A stretch of 64,000 nucleotides of DNA from Candidatus Latescibacterota bacterium (lineage in GTDB: Bacteria; Latescibacterota; UBA2968; GCA-2709665), in assembly GCA_965222075.1 (NCBI GenBank), contig OZ244937.1:3072001-3136000 (forward strand), read 5' to 3'. The notes under the pieces were generated by a model. That model worked only from the letters and a program-made list of their open reading frames with translations, was not told the DNA's origin and made no database searches. Below, piece after piece: positions 49,441 through 58,790 of the stretch. The number at the start of each line of letters is the position of its first letter. The first letter of the stretch is position 1. Position numbers and translations under genes: made by a program.

Positions 49441-49611
49441 ATGAGCAACGAAAATCCCAACAGCGCTGCCGGGAACCACATCGCACGCTACGACCTGCAC
49501 CTCCACGCTCCGCCCTATCCGCACGTCACAGACGTGGTCGTCGTGAAGGCCAACGCGTTGGTGCGGGTAATGGCCTATCGTCTGGAACACGGCGAGGGAA
49601 TACCTATCTAA
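49441..49611 (+). other. 56-codon ORF, possible remnant of a PHP-domain gene
   Basis: MSNENPNSAAGNHIARYDLHLHAPPYPHVTD...; fills the gap exactly. Confidence 0.3.
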
Positions 49612-49621
49612 CGAGGCTCTC

Positions 49622-50794
49622 ATGGACGCCGCTCTGGAACGGCTCTTCCTCATCCACTACCATGAAATCGGCCTGAAAGGCAAGAACCGGAGCCGGTTTG
49701 AGAACCAGCTCCTGCGCAACATCGAGCACGCCCTCAAAGGCGTTTCCTGTGGAGCCGCGCGCCGCATCACCGGTCGCCTCCTCCTGGAACTCGCCCCCGA
49801 CACCCCTCTCGGCATCGTTCAGGAGCGCCTGGCCGGGGTCTTTGGCATCGCCAACTTCTCGGAGGCTGTCCGCGTCCCCTCTACCATCGAAGCCATCCGG
49901 GAGGCCGCCTGGGCAGTTGTCCGGAAAGCCCGCTTCGCCTCCTTCAAAATCGCCACGAAACGCGCCGACAAATCCTTTCCACTGAACTCGAACGAAATCA
50001 ACTGCGACGTGGGCGCCTACATCGAGACCCGCTCGCAGGCCCAGGTCAAAATGGAGCGTCCCGACCTCACCTGCTTCATCGAACTCTCCCACCAGGGGAC
50101 TTTCATCTACACCCAAAAAACCCCGGGGCCGGGCGGCCTGCCCGTGGGCGTCAACGAACGGGCCGTCAGCCTCCTCTCCTCCGGCATTGACTCCCCGGTG
50201 GCCTCCTACCGGATCATGAAGCGGGGCGTGCGGCTCGCCTTCGTCCACTTCCACAGCCAGCCCTACACGAACCGCAACTCCCAGCGAAACACGGAAGAAC
50301 TCGTCCGCCTCCTCACCCGCTACCAGTTCAAGTCCACCCTCTACCTGGTCCCCTTCGTCGAAACCCAGCGGCGCATCATGACCGGCGCCCTCCCCGGCTA
50401 CCGTGTTATCCTCTACCGCCGCGCCATGTTCCGCATCGCCGAGGCGGTCGCCCTCAGGGAAGGCGCCCAGGCCCTGGTTACCGGCGAAAACGTGGGCCAG
50501 GTCGCCTCCCAGACCCTCTCCAACCTCCGGGCCATCGAAGCGGTCACCGCCCTCCCGGTCCTGCGACCCCTATCCGGCGACAACAAAGAGGAGATCATCG
50601 CCGAAGCCAGGCGCATCGGCACCTACGAAACCTCCACCGAACCCTACGAAGACTGCTGCACCGCCTTTGTCCCCAAACACCCCGAAACCCGCGCCGACCT
50701 GGAAACCGCGCAGGACATCGAGTCCCACCTCGACCTGGGTGCCCTCATCGAACAGACCCTGAACGCGACGGAGGTGAAGCGGTTCAAGCTGTAG
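49622..50794 (+). CDS. thiI: tRNA 4-thiouridine(8) synthase (no rhodanese domain)
   Basis: YHEIGLKGKNR, THUMP domain, GPGGLPVG, SSGIDSPVA, GQVASQT, EDCC. Confidence 0.95.
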   Translation: MDAALERLFLIHYHEIGLKGKNRSRFENQLLRNIEHALKGVSCGAARRITGRLLLELAPDTPLGIVQERLAGVFGIANFSEAVRVPSTIEAIREAAWAVVRKARFASFKIATKRADKSFPLNSNEINCDVGAYIETRSQAQVKMERPDLTCFIELSHQGTFIYTQKTPGPGGLPVGVNERAVSLLSSGIDSPVASYRIMKRGVRLAFVHFHSQPYTNRNSQRNTEELVRLLTRYQFKSTLYLVPFVETQRRIMTGALPGYRVILYRRAMFRIAEAVALREGAQALVTGENVGQVASQTLSNLRAIEAVTALPVLRPLSGDNKEEIIAEARRIGTYETSTEPYEDCCTAFVPKHPETRADLETAQDIESHLDLGALIEQTLNATEVKRFKL

Positions 50795-51695
50795 CCTGAT
50801 TCCCCCCGCCGTACCGCTCAAATATCGCATCCAACAAATGCCGGATCGCCGGCCCGAAGTAGCGCCCCCCTCGCCACGCCACGCCGACCTCCCGGGAAAA
50901 GGCCACCCCCTCCACCCTCACCGCTCGCAGCGCCCCCGACGCAAGCGACTCCCTCACCGTCAGCGCGGGCAGAAAGGAGATTCCCACCCCCACCTCCACC
51001 AGCTTCCGCATCGCCTCCGGGCTGCGCATCTCCATCACCACCCCGGGTGACACCCCCGCCTCTGCGAACCGCTCGTCCACAATCTTCCGGGAGACCGAAT
51101 CGGCGTGGAAAAGGATCAGCGGCTCCTGCACCACCTCCGCCAGCGTCACCGATGCGCAATCGGCAAACCGGTGCGCTGCTCCCACCACCAGCGGCATCGA
51201 ATCCCTGTAGATCGAAACCGTCTGCACCTTGGGGTGGCTGAACGGCAGCGAAATCACCGCAAACTCCGACCGGTTCAGCAGCAAATCCTCCACCAGGTAC
51301 CGGGAAGGCGCCACCTGCACCGAAAGCGCCACCTCGGGATACGCCCGCATATAAGCCTTCAAAATATCGGGCAAAAGATAGGTCACCGCCGCATCGATCG
51401 CCCCAAACTGGAAACCCTCTCCCGGCAGCACATCTCTCCGTTTCAGCTTCTCCTCCGCCTCCTCCACAAGGTCCTGGATCTGCATGCCGTAGCTCACCAG
51501 CGCCCGCCCCTCCATCGTCAGCGAAACGTGCCGGCTCCCCCGGTTGAACAGCCGCACCCCCAGCGTCCGTTCCAACCCCCCGACCCCGCTGCTCACCGTC
51601 GGCTGGGTCACGTGCATCTCCCGCGCGGCCCTGCTGAAACTCCCCGTGCGGGCCACCGCTAAGAAATAGCGAAGATGGTGCAGATTCATCCCCAT
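50784..51695 (-). CDS. LysR-family transcriptional regulator
   Basis: LRYFLAVARTGSFSRAA...VTQPTVS..LE..LGVRLF.R. Confidence 0.92.
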   Translation of the reverse strand: MGMNLHHLRYFLAVARTGSFSRAAREMHVTQPTVSSGVGGLERTLGVRLFNRGSRHVSLTMEGRALVSYGMQIQDLVEEAEEKLKRRDVLPGEGFQFGAIDAAVTYLLPDILKAYMRAYPEVALSVQVAPSRYLVEDLLLNRSEFAVISLPFSHPKVQTVSIYRDSMPLVVGAAHRFADCASVTLAEVVQEPLILFHADSVSRKIVDERFAEAGVSPGVVMEMRSPEAMRKLVEVGVGISFLPALTVRESLASGALRAVRVEGVAFSREVGVAWRGGRYFGPAIRHLLDAIFERYGGGNQATA

Positions 51696-51705
51696 CACCC
51701 CCTTT

Positions 51706-51722
51706 TATAGATAATTTCTATA
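51706..51722. promoter_or_regulatory. LysR box in the divergent promoter
   Basis: TATAG-ATAATTT-CTATA (T-N11-A) in an AT-rich intergenic region. Confidence 0.65.
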
Positions 51723-51825
51723 TATAATATAATAAATATTTACTTGATTAATACATAAATTCTTCTATTTTTATCCCTGCAAATCGGCAAAAGCGCAAAT
51801 CCGCCATTTTTCACAGGAGATTCGC

Positions 51826-52923
51826 ATGAGCAGGAGAAAAAAAGTTCGGGTCGCCATCATCGGCGTGGGCAACTGCGCCTCCTCTCTCGTCCAGGGCGTG
51901 CACTACTACAAAGACGCGGACAAGGACGCCTTTGTGCCGGGCCTGATGCACGTCGACCTGGGCGGCTATCACGTCAGCGACATCGAGTTTTCTGCCGCAT
52001 TCGACGTCGGTAAAGAAAAGGTGGGCAAAGACCTCGGCGAAGCCATCTTTGCCCACCCGAACAACACCGTCAAATTCGCAGACGTCCCCCACTTAGACGT
52101 TTCCGTCCAGCGCGGCATGACCCACGACGGCCTGGGCAAATACCTCTCCGAAGTGATCGAAAAGGCCGAACCGCCCACCGTCGACGTGGCCGAAATCCTC
52201 AAAGCCACGAAGACCGACGTGGTGGTCAGCTACCTCCCTGTGGGCAGCGAAGAGGCCACCAAATGGTACGTCGAACAGATCCTGCAGGCCGGGTGTGGTT
52301 TTATCAACTGCATCCCCGTCTTCATCGCCAGCGCCGGCTACTGGCCCGAACGCTTCGAAAAGCGGGGCCTGCCCATCATCGGCGACGACATCAAATCCCA
52401 GGTCGGCGCCACCATCGCACACCGCGTGCTCACCCGGCTCTTCCGCGAGCGGGGCGTTAAACTCCTGCGCACCTACCAGCTCAACTTCGGCGGCAACACC
52501 GACTTCTACAACATGCTGGAGCGCTCCCGGCTCGAATCAAAAAAGATCAGCAAGACCAACGCCGTCACCTCCCAACTCGACCACGACCTGGGCGAGGGCA
52601 ATGTCCACGTGGGCCCTTCCGACCACGTCCCCTGGCTGGAAGACCGGAAATGGTGCCACATCCGCATGGAAGGGGAGACCTTTGGCGGCGTGCCCCTCAA
52701 CCTCGAACTCAAACTCGAAGTCTGGGACTCGCCCAACTCCGCCGGCGTGGTCATCGATGCGGTCCGCTGCTGCAAGCTCGCCCTCAACCACGGCCTCAAA
52801 GGCCCGCTGCTGGCCCCCTCCTCCTACTTCATGAAAACCCCGCCGCAGCAGTTCAGCGACGACCAGGCCCGGGAAATGGTGGAAGACTTCATCCTCCAGT
52901 ATGGCCGGAACGGCAGGGCGTGA
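51826..52923 (+). CDS. ino1: myo-Inositol-3-phosphate synthase
   Basis: [46 protein letters not shown]. Confidence 0.95.
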   Translation: MSRRKKVRVAIIGVGNCASSLVQGVHYYKDADKDAFVPGLMHVDLGGYHVSDIEFSAAFDVGKEKVGKDLGEAIFAHPNNTVKFADVPHLDVSVQRGMTHDGLGKYLSEVIEKAEPPTVDVAEILKATKTDVVVSYLPVGSEEATKWYVEQILQAGCGFINCIPVFIASAGYWPERFEKRGLPIIGDDIKSQVGATIAHRVLTRLFRERGVKLLRTYQLNFGGNTDFYNMLERSRLESKKISKTNAVTSQLDHDLGEGNVHVGPSDHVPWLEDRKWCHIRMEGETFGGVPLNLELKLEVWDSPNSAGVVIDAVRCCKLALNHGLKGPLLAPSSYFMKTPPQQFSDDQAREMVEDFILQYGRNGRA

Positions 52924-52986
52924 TAAAAAGCATGCACCGAAAGAGACGCAGAGAACGCGGAGAAAGACCAAAAACGCGGACAACAC

Positions 52987-53027
52987 AAAAACGGACGGTC
53001 GACCGTGGTCAACCGTCCGTTTGGTTT
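52987..53027. terminator. Hairpin between convergent genes, probable bidirectional terminator
   Basis: AAACGGACGGT..GACC..GGTC..ACCGTCCGTTT with A/T tracts on both sides. Confidence 0.7.
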
Positions 53028-53042
53028 CGTAAGCTTCACGAT

Positions 53043-54305
53043 CTACTTCAGCTCTCCCGCCTGTGTCACCACCTTCCGGAACGCTTCGGCGTGCTCTTTG
53101 ATAATCTCCGGGCGGTAGTGCTTGAACCATGGGATGGAATACACCTGCTCCGTCATCCGCTCCGTCACCGGCAGGCTGCCCTCTCCCTGCCGCACGTCCT
53201 GATCCGAATGGGCGATACGCGTCGGCTTGCCGTCGCCGTATACATCCGCGTCGTTTAAAACCGGATGCAGGTGCAGCAGCAGGTTCGCCCCCGGGCCGGT
53301 CGACGTCCCTTCCGCCCGAACCGCCTCGCAGAACTTCTGCACGCTCAGCCCGTCCAGTTCTTCTGGAACGTAGAGCCCGTGCGCCGCGTACCACCCCCCC
53401 ATCGTACTCCCCGAATCCTTCGGGGGCCGGTGCGCCTTGATCCCCGGCGCGCCCTCCAGCAGATCCCAGAAATAGTTCATCGCCTTCTGGATCTCCTCCA
53501 TCCGCTCCTGATAGTGCCTAAGCTGAACCCGACCGACTGCGGATGAAAGCTGGTGCATCCGGTACTTGAATCCCCCCAGCGGCAGCCCGGAAAATTTCTT
53601 CAGCTCCGGATCTTCGATCTGCCCTGTGCGCTCGTAGTGCCCAAACGCCGCCGCACGCTCGTAAATCTTTTTATCATTTGTAATCAGCATCCCCGCTTCG
53701 CCGATCGCCAGAGACTTGCCCGACATACAGGACATCGCACCCACATGCCCGATCGTGCCCACCAGCCGGCCCTTGTAGAGCGCCCCGTGCGCGTGCGACA
53801 CATCCTCGATCACCTTGATCCCGCGCGCATTGGCGATCTCCATAATCGGGTCCATATCGGTTGGATGCCCCAGATAGTGCACCACCATAATCGCCTTGGT
53901 CCTGTCCGTAATCTTGCGCTCCATATCCTCGGCATCCAGCGTCAGCGTATCCGGGTCCATATCCGCGAAAACGATCGTAGCCCCCAGGTTCATTGCCTGT
54001 AGCACGGACGCCCAGAAGGTCATGCTCTGGCAGATAATCTCGTCTCCCACGCCTATCCCGCACCCGAACATCGCCGTATGCAGCGAAGCCGTACCCGTAT
54101 TGTGCGCCAGCGCGTACTTCATATCGTGCCACTCTGCATATTCCTTCTCAAACGCCACCGTTACATCCGTCCCGGACATCGCCCCCCGGCGCAGCACCTC
54201 TAACGCGGCCTCTTCGTCCTCCTGGGTGATAATCGGCCACTTGAACATATCCCCCGGATCGGTCTTCACCGCCTTGGGCCCACCCAGAATCGCCAGCTTA
54301 TCCAT
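53043..54305 (-). CDS. DegT/DnrJ/EryC1/StrS family PLP aminotransferase
   Basis: LAILGGPK, GTASL, GVGDEII, EDVSHAHG, K.L..GEAG. Confidence 0.9.
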   Translation of the reverse strand: MDKLAILGGPKAVKTDPGDMFKWPIITQEDEEAALEVLRRGAMSGTDVTVAFEKEYAEWHDMKYALAHNTGTASLHTAMFGCGIGVGDEIICQSMTFWASVLQAMNLGATIVFADMDPDTLTLDAEDMERKITDRTKAIMVVHYLGHPTDMDPIMEIANARGIKVIEDVSHAHGALYKGRLVGTIGHVGAMSCMSGKSLAIGEAGMLITNDKKIYERAAAFGHYERTGQIEDPELKKFSGLPLGGFKYRMHQLSSAVGRVQLRHYQERMEEIQKAMNYFWDLLEGAPGIKAHRPPKDSGSTMGGWYAAHGLYVPEELDGLSVQKFCEAVRAEGTSTGPGANLLLHLHPVLNDADVYGDGKPTRIAHSDQDVRQGEGSLPVTERMTEQVYSIPWFKHYRPEIIKEHAEAFRKVVTQAGELK

Positions 54306-54482
54306 CCTCCTGACCTCCTTCGGAATCAGCCATACTTCTATGTCGGGTTGTGCGCAAAGAATCTCCTCGCGCCGATCAGAAACGCCATCTTTTTTTAATA
54401 TACCTCATTTCAAAGCCCGTACGCCAGCAAAAAGGCCCCGGAGGGTGATCTTCCGGAGCCTCGACCGATCTCTGCGCTGCGC

Positions 54483-55751
54483 TCACGCATCAAAATACGA
54501 CTTCCGGCTCGCGTGCGGCGGGGTGCGGTCCCGTTCAGCACGGCCTGCAATCGTCATCGCAACGCCCATCGGCGCCGGCTCTACATCCTCCCGGCGGTTG
54601 TTAAACGTCGTTGCCCCCCACCGTGACCCCACCGCAACCAGGTCGAACCGCGAAAACCGCTCTGCCTGCGGGTCGAACGAAAGATATCCCAGCAGCTTCG
54701 CGTCAAATCCCCGCTCGCGGATAATACAGCACATCTCCCCCCGTTTGTAAACCGACTCACGGGGCGGAAACGTACACCAGTCCTTCTCCTCGCACAAAAA
54801 CGCGTGTCCGGAAACCTTCAGATCCACCCCCTCCGGCGTCACACCGGTCACCGTCAACCACATCTCCACATCACAAAGCGCCTCAGGAGGCCAGGGGGCC
54901 GTCTCCCCCCGCACGCTGTCGACCAGGTGAAACCGGACCAGCCGCCGGGTGACCTCTCCCGGCATTGGAAAGGAATCGCCCACCGCCGCATCGGGCGGTA
55001 CAATCAAGCGCATCTCCTCCCGCGTGAGCCAGACGTAATCCTGGTTGTGGGAATCCAGAAAGATCTCCGGCCGAAAATCCACCTGCCGGGACAGGTCCCG
55101 AACGCCCAGGTGGAGCACCAGACCGTCCTCCGGATACGCCCAGGCAAACCGGGTATCCGGCCCTTCCACCTCTCCGATCCGGAAGCACCCGTGCTGCGTC
55201 CCTCGACGCTCCCAGTTCTCCAGCGCCTGTTCCATCATCTCCAAAAGCTGATCCGGGTCGCGCACGTGGCGGGAGCCCAGCAGCTCTCCCTCCGTCGTCG
55301 TCACAAACTGCCCCTGGTGGCACTCCCCGTGCTCCGTATCGGCCATCCGGGCGCTGGCCTCCTCAAACGAGAGGCCAAATCGGCCCTGCCAGGAGACCAG
55401 GCGTAAAAACCTCCCCTCCTCGTCGTCCTGTCGCTGCAGGTGGCTGATATTGGCCGCAACGGGAACAAACTTCTCGTTTAAAAGCCCGATCACGCGCGGA
55501 TCGGAAAATGTGAGCGCACGGCCCACAACCCCGTTGTTTCAGACACACCCAAGCGGGTGCCCGTTCATCGCCCAGATGAACAGCGGCTTCTCCAGCTCGG
55601 CCGCCTGCTGACGCCCCTCCCAGAGATGGCCGATCCAGGGCACCTCCGTCCACCGCTCCTTGTCTGCGCGGGGCCGGCAGGCCTCGAACAGCTCCTCAAA
55701 CGTCTCCGCCCTCAGCGCGGGCGGGGGATTCACTATCTCTTCGGTAACCAT
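54483..55751 (-). CDS. Probable selenoprotein with thioredoxin-like N-terminal domain (C-V-U), about 422 aa; Sec at TGA 55541-55539
   Basis: The two track ORFs are in one frame: KPLFIWAMNGHPLGCV-TGA-NNGVVGRALTFSDPRVIGLLNEKFVPV; SECIS-like hairpin follows. Confidence 0.8.
55509..55527 (-). promoter_or_regulatory. Bacterial SECIS-like element
   Basis: UGUGGGC-CGUGC-GCUCACA, a 7-bp stem starting 11 nt after UGA, with GU in the loop. Confidence 0.75.
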
Positions 55752-56035
55752 ACACATCTCTCCCTTGTTGAGAGTGGGATAAAGCCTCCAGGGTGTGGTT
55801 TTCAAATATAACCCCGAACTCTTTCAAGAGGTTAGAAAGGTTTTGCAGAGTGGGTTACACCCTATTGATAAGAAAAAAAGGGGCCGATAGCAAGAAAAAT
55901 TTCTTCAAAGCGGCGATCCTCTCCGGCCCCCTCCCTTTGGGCTTGATTTCACAGGAAAGTTTGCGTATTCATTGGGGGTTTTAACGACAGCTTCTAAAAC
56001 GCAACGGGGCAAAAGCCACCTTCCGAGGTCCGGAT

Positions 56036-57604
56036 ATGACATCTGAAACTCCGCTGTCCAAACAACAGATCGCCGATGGCCTGAAAGCCCTCGGCCTCTC
56101 CCGGGGGGCCATCCTGATGGTCCATGCGTCTCTCAGCAGCCTGGGGGAAGTCGATGGCGGGGCCGGCGCCCTCATCGACGCCCTGCTGGAGGCCCTCGGA
56201 CCGGAAGGCACCCTCCTGATGCCCACCCATCCGGCCCGTGACGGGCGCACCTTCCACCCCGACGCGATCCCCTCCGACATGGGGACCATCACCGAAACCT
56301 TCCGCCTGCGTCCCGGCGTGCTGCGCAGCCGCCACCCCTACCATCCGGTAGCAGCGATCGGTGCCCGGGCCGAGGAGATGCTGCGCGACCACGAGCAGAG
56401 CGCGGTCCCCGACGGCCCGGAAACCCCCTACGGCCGCCTCATTGCCCTGGACGGCCGGGTGCTGCACATCGGCTGCGACCTGAACACGCTCACCCTGCTC
56501 CACACCGTGGAAGCGGAACTGGACCTGCCCTACCTGCGGGAGTTGGAGATGAAATACGTGGATGCCCAGGGAAAGGTCCGCACCCTGCAGATCAAACGCT
56601 GTCCCGGCGGGCACCGGGGCGGCGTCTGGAAATTCGACCGCTTATTCCGAGAAGAGGGCGCCATGTCCCTCGGACGGATCGAACGCGCGGTCTGCCGGTT
56701 GATCTCTGCGCCGGAAGCAGCGGCGGTCATGCGCCGGGAAATGGCCCGGGACCCCGCCTTTGCCTTAGACGACAACCCCCACTGCGCCGACTGCGTCCGC
56801 TTCCGGAGCAAAATCGGGCCCCGTTCCCAAACCAGGCGAAAACCGCGTGTGCAGATCAACAACAAGGCCGGCCGCCTGGCCCGTGAGGACTTCCGGCTCA
56901 CCGCCCCCCTCTGGGCCGTCGCCCGGAATCCTGAGCAGGCCCTGGACCTGATTCGGGAGGAAGGCATCGCGCACGTAGAGCTGCACACAGAACATCTACC
57001 CGAACCGGACGGCCTTAACAGGCAGCTCACGGACCGGGGGATGGACATCGCCGTCCTGCGCACCGACCTCGGCCCGCCCGATGTAATCGCCGAACAAGCA
57101 GCCCGGCTAAAGGTCGCCTGTCTGCACGTCGGCGCCCCAAACCGAACCGAAATGAACCATCCCCAACTCGTAGACGCACTCTGCGCCCTGGCCCAAGCGG
57201 CTGGCGGCCGGGGAATCACCGCGCTTTTGGGCAACCGGCCGGACAGCCTCGCAGAAACCGCGGAGGAACTGGCTGCGCTCGTAAAAGAGGTCGGCTCGCC
57301 AAACCTGAAGGCGAGCTACAACCCGGCCCATATCGCGTGGTCCGGAGGCAGTCCTTTCTACGGTGGACTCTACAAAGGACCGCTGCGCCGCAACCTGCGC
57401 CACGTGGATCTACAAGATGTGGTCGTCGCCGACAGAAGGGGGGTCACACCCGGCATGGGCAATGCCGAAATCATAGAAATCATCTCCAATCTGCGCTGCC
57501 GAAGCTTTGATGGATTCCTGTGTCTCTGGCCGCTGCCAAAGCAGGGGGATGAGGGATTTCGGGAAGCGGCGAGAGGCTTCCGGGAGATCATGGAGCGCAT
57601 CTGA
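56036..57604 (+). CDS. AAC(3)-family acetyltransferase fused to a xylose-isomerase-like TIM barrel
   Basis: VHASLSSLG.V.GG, GTLLMPT, RSRHP, TLLH..E; C-terminal YNPAH, PGMG, FDGFL. Confidence 0.8.
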   Translation: MTSETPLSKQQIADGLKALGLSRGAILMVHASLSSLGEVDGGAGALIDALLEALGPEGTLLMPTHPARDGRTFHPDAIPSDMGTITETFRLRPGVLRSRHPYHPVAAIGARAEEMLRDHEQSAVPDGPETPYGRLIALDGRVLHIGCDLNTLTLLHTVEAELDLPYLRELEMKYVDAQGKVRTLQIKRCPGGHRGGVWKFDRLFREEGAMSLGRIERAVCRLISAPEAAAVMRREMARDPAFALDDNPHCADCVRFRSKIGPRSQTRRKPRVQINNKAGRLAREDFRLTAPLWAVARNPEQALDLIREEGIAHVELHTEHLPEPDGLNRQLTDRGMDIAVLRTDLGPPDVIAEQAARLKVACLHVGAPNRTEMNHPQLVDALCALAQAAGGRGITALLGNRPDSLAETAEELAALVKEVGSPNLKASYNPAHIAWSGGSPFYGGLYKGPLRRNLRHVDLQDVVVADRRGVTPGMGNAEIIEIISNLRCRSFDGFLCLWPLPKQGDEGFREAARGFREIMERI

Positions 57605-57694
57605 TTCCACCGCAGAATACAGACAACCGGGGTCAAAGTGCTGTTGACACAGGTCTCGCTCCGCCCTAACTTGGGTGGAAAAAGGAGATCGATC

Positions 57695-58753
57695 ATGACC
57701 AAAAGGCTCGAAGCGCCTGTCAGATGCGCCGTCATCGGGTACGGCGCCGCCCACATCTTTGGCAGGGCGCACGGCAGATGGATCGATGCAACGCCCAACC
57801 TGGAATGGGTCGCGGTATGCGACATAGACTCCGAGCGGCTCAGGGTCGCAACAGACGAGTTTCCGCACCTGAAAACCTGCTCCAGCGTTACGGATCTGCT
57901 TGAAAGGGCCGAGGTCGACATGGTCTCGGTGATCACGCCGCACCACACACACGCGCCTATTGCGCTTGAATGTATCCGCGCAGGCAAGCACGTCATCGTA
58001 GACAAGGCCATGTGTCTGAGCGTGGCCGAAGCCACCGCGATGATCGAAGAGGCCGAGAAACAAAACGCCATGCTGGCCGTCTTTCACGGCCGCCGGCACG
58101 ACGGCAACTACCGCGCCATCCAGGAAACCGTCCGCAGCGGCCTCATCGGCGACCTGTTTCACATCGAACTCACCGCCGGAGGATATCGGAAGCCCCGGGA
58201 CTGGTGGTACAGCAAGAAGGCCCTCGGCGGAGGCGCCTTTTATTACTGGGGGCCCCACGCCGTCGACTGGGTGCTCAACCTCGTCCAGGACAGCGTAAGC
58301 GGTGTAACCGGCTTTTACCACAAACTCGTCTGGGACGACGTGGACATCGAAGACCAGACCCGGGCGATCCTGCGCTTTGAAAACGGCGCCGTGGCCGACA
58401 TCACCTATTCGCACATCGCCGCGGCCGGCAAACCGGCGTGGAGAATTCTGGGCACGAAGGGCGCGATTGTCGATACCGGAACCGACGGAGCCAAGGGCTA
58501 CCAGGAGCAAATCGTCGGCCCGCCGGGTGGAAGCTTTCAGGCAATCACAATCGAAAACGACAAACGCCGTGAAACGACCGTACCCTACAAGGATTCCGAC
58601 TGGCTCACCTACTATATCGAAATTGCAGAGCACCTTCTAAACGGCGGCCCCATACCCGTCACCGGAGAAGAGGGCCGGAGAACCATCGCAGTATTCGAAG
58701 CCGCCGAACGGTCCTCCCGGACCGGCAAAACCGAACCTGTGGAATATGAGTGA
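57695..58753 (+). CDS. Gfo/Idh/MocA family oxidoreductase
   Basis: AVIGYG, TPHHTH, AGKHVIVDK, GGGA....GPH.VD. Confidence 0.9.
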   Translation: MTKRLEAPVRCAVIGYGAAHIFGRAHGRWIDATPNLEWVAVCDIDSERLRVATDEFPHLKTCSSVTDLLERAEVDMVSVITPHHTHAPIALECIRAGKHVIVDKAMCLSVAEATAMIEEAEKQNAMLAVFHGRRHDGNYRAIQETVRSGLIGDLFHIELTAGGYRKPRDWWYSKKALGGGAFYYWGPHAVDWVLNLVQDSVSGVTGFYHKLVWDDVDIEDQTRAILRFENGAVADITYSHIAAAGKPAWRILGTKGAIVDTGTDGAKGYQEQIVGPPGGSFQAITIENDKRRETTVPYKDSDWLTYYIEIAEHLLNGGPIPVTGEEGRRTIAVFEAAERSSRTGKTEPVEYE

Positions 58754-58790
58754 ATCGCCTCACCTCTGCTCCTTGAAAGTGAACAGCGCC

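Noticed and set aside
56036-56820. Calling a bona fide aminoglycoside resistance gene
   Set aside because: The fusion and metabolic operon context give no support, and there is no mobile element.
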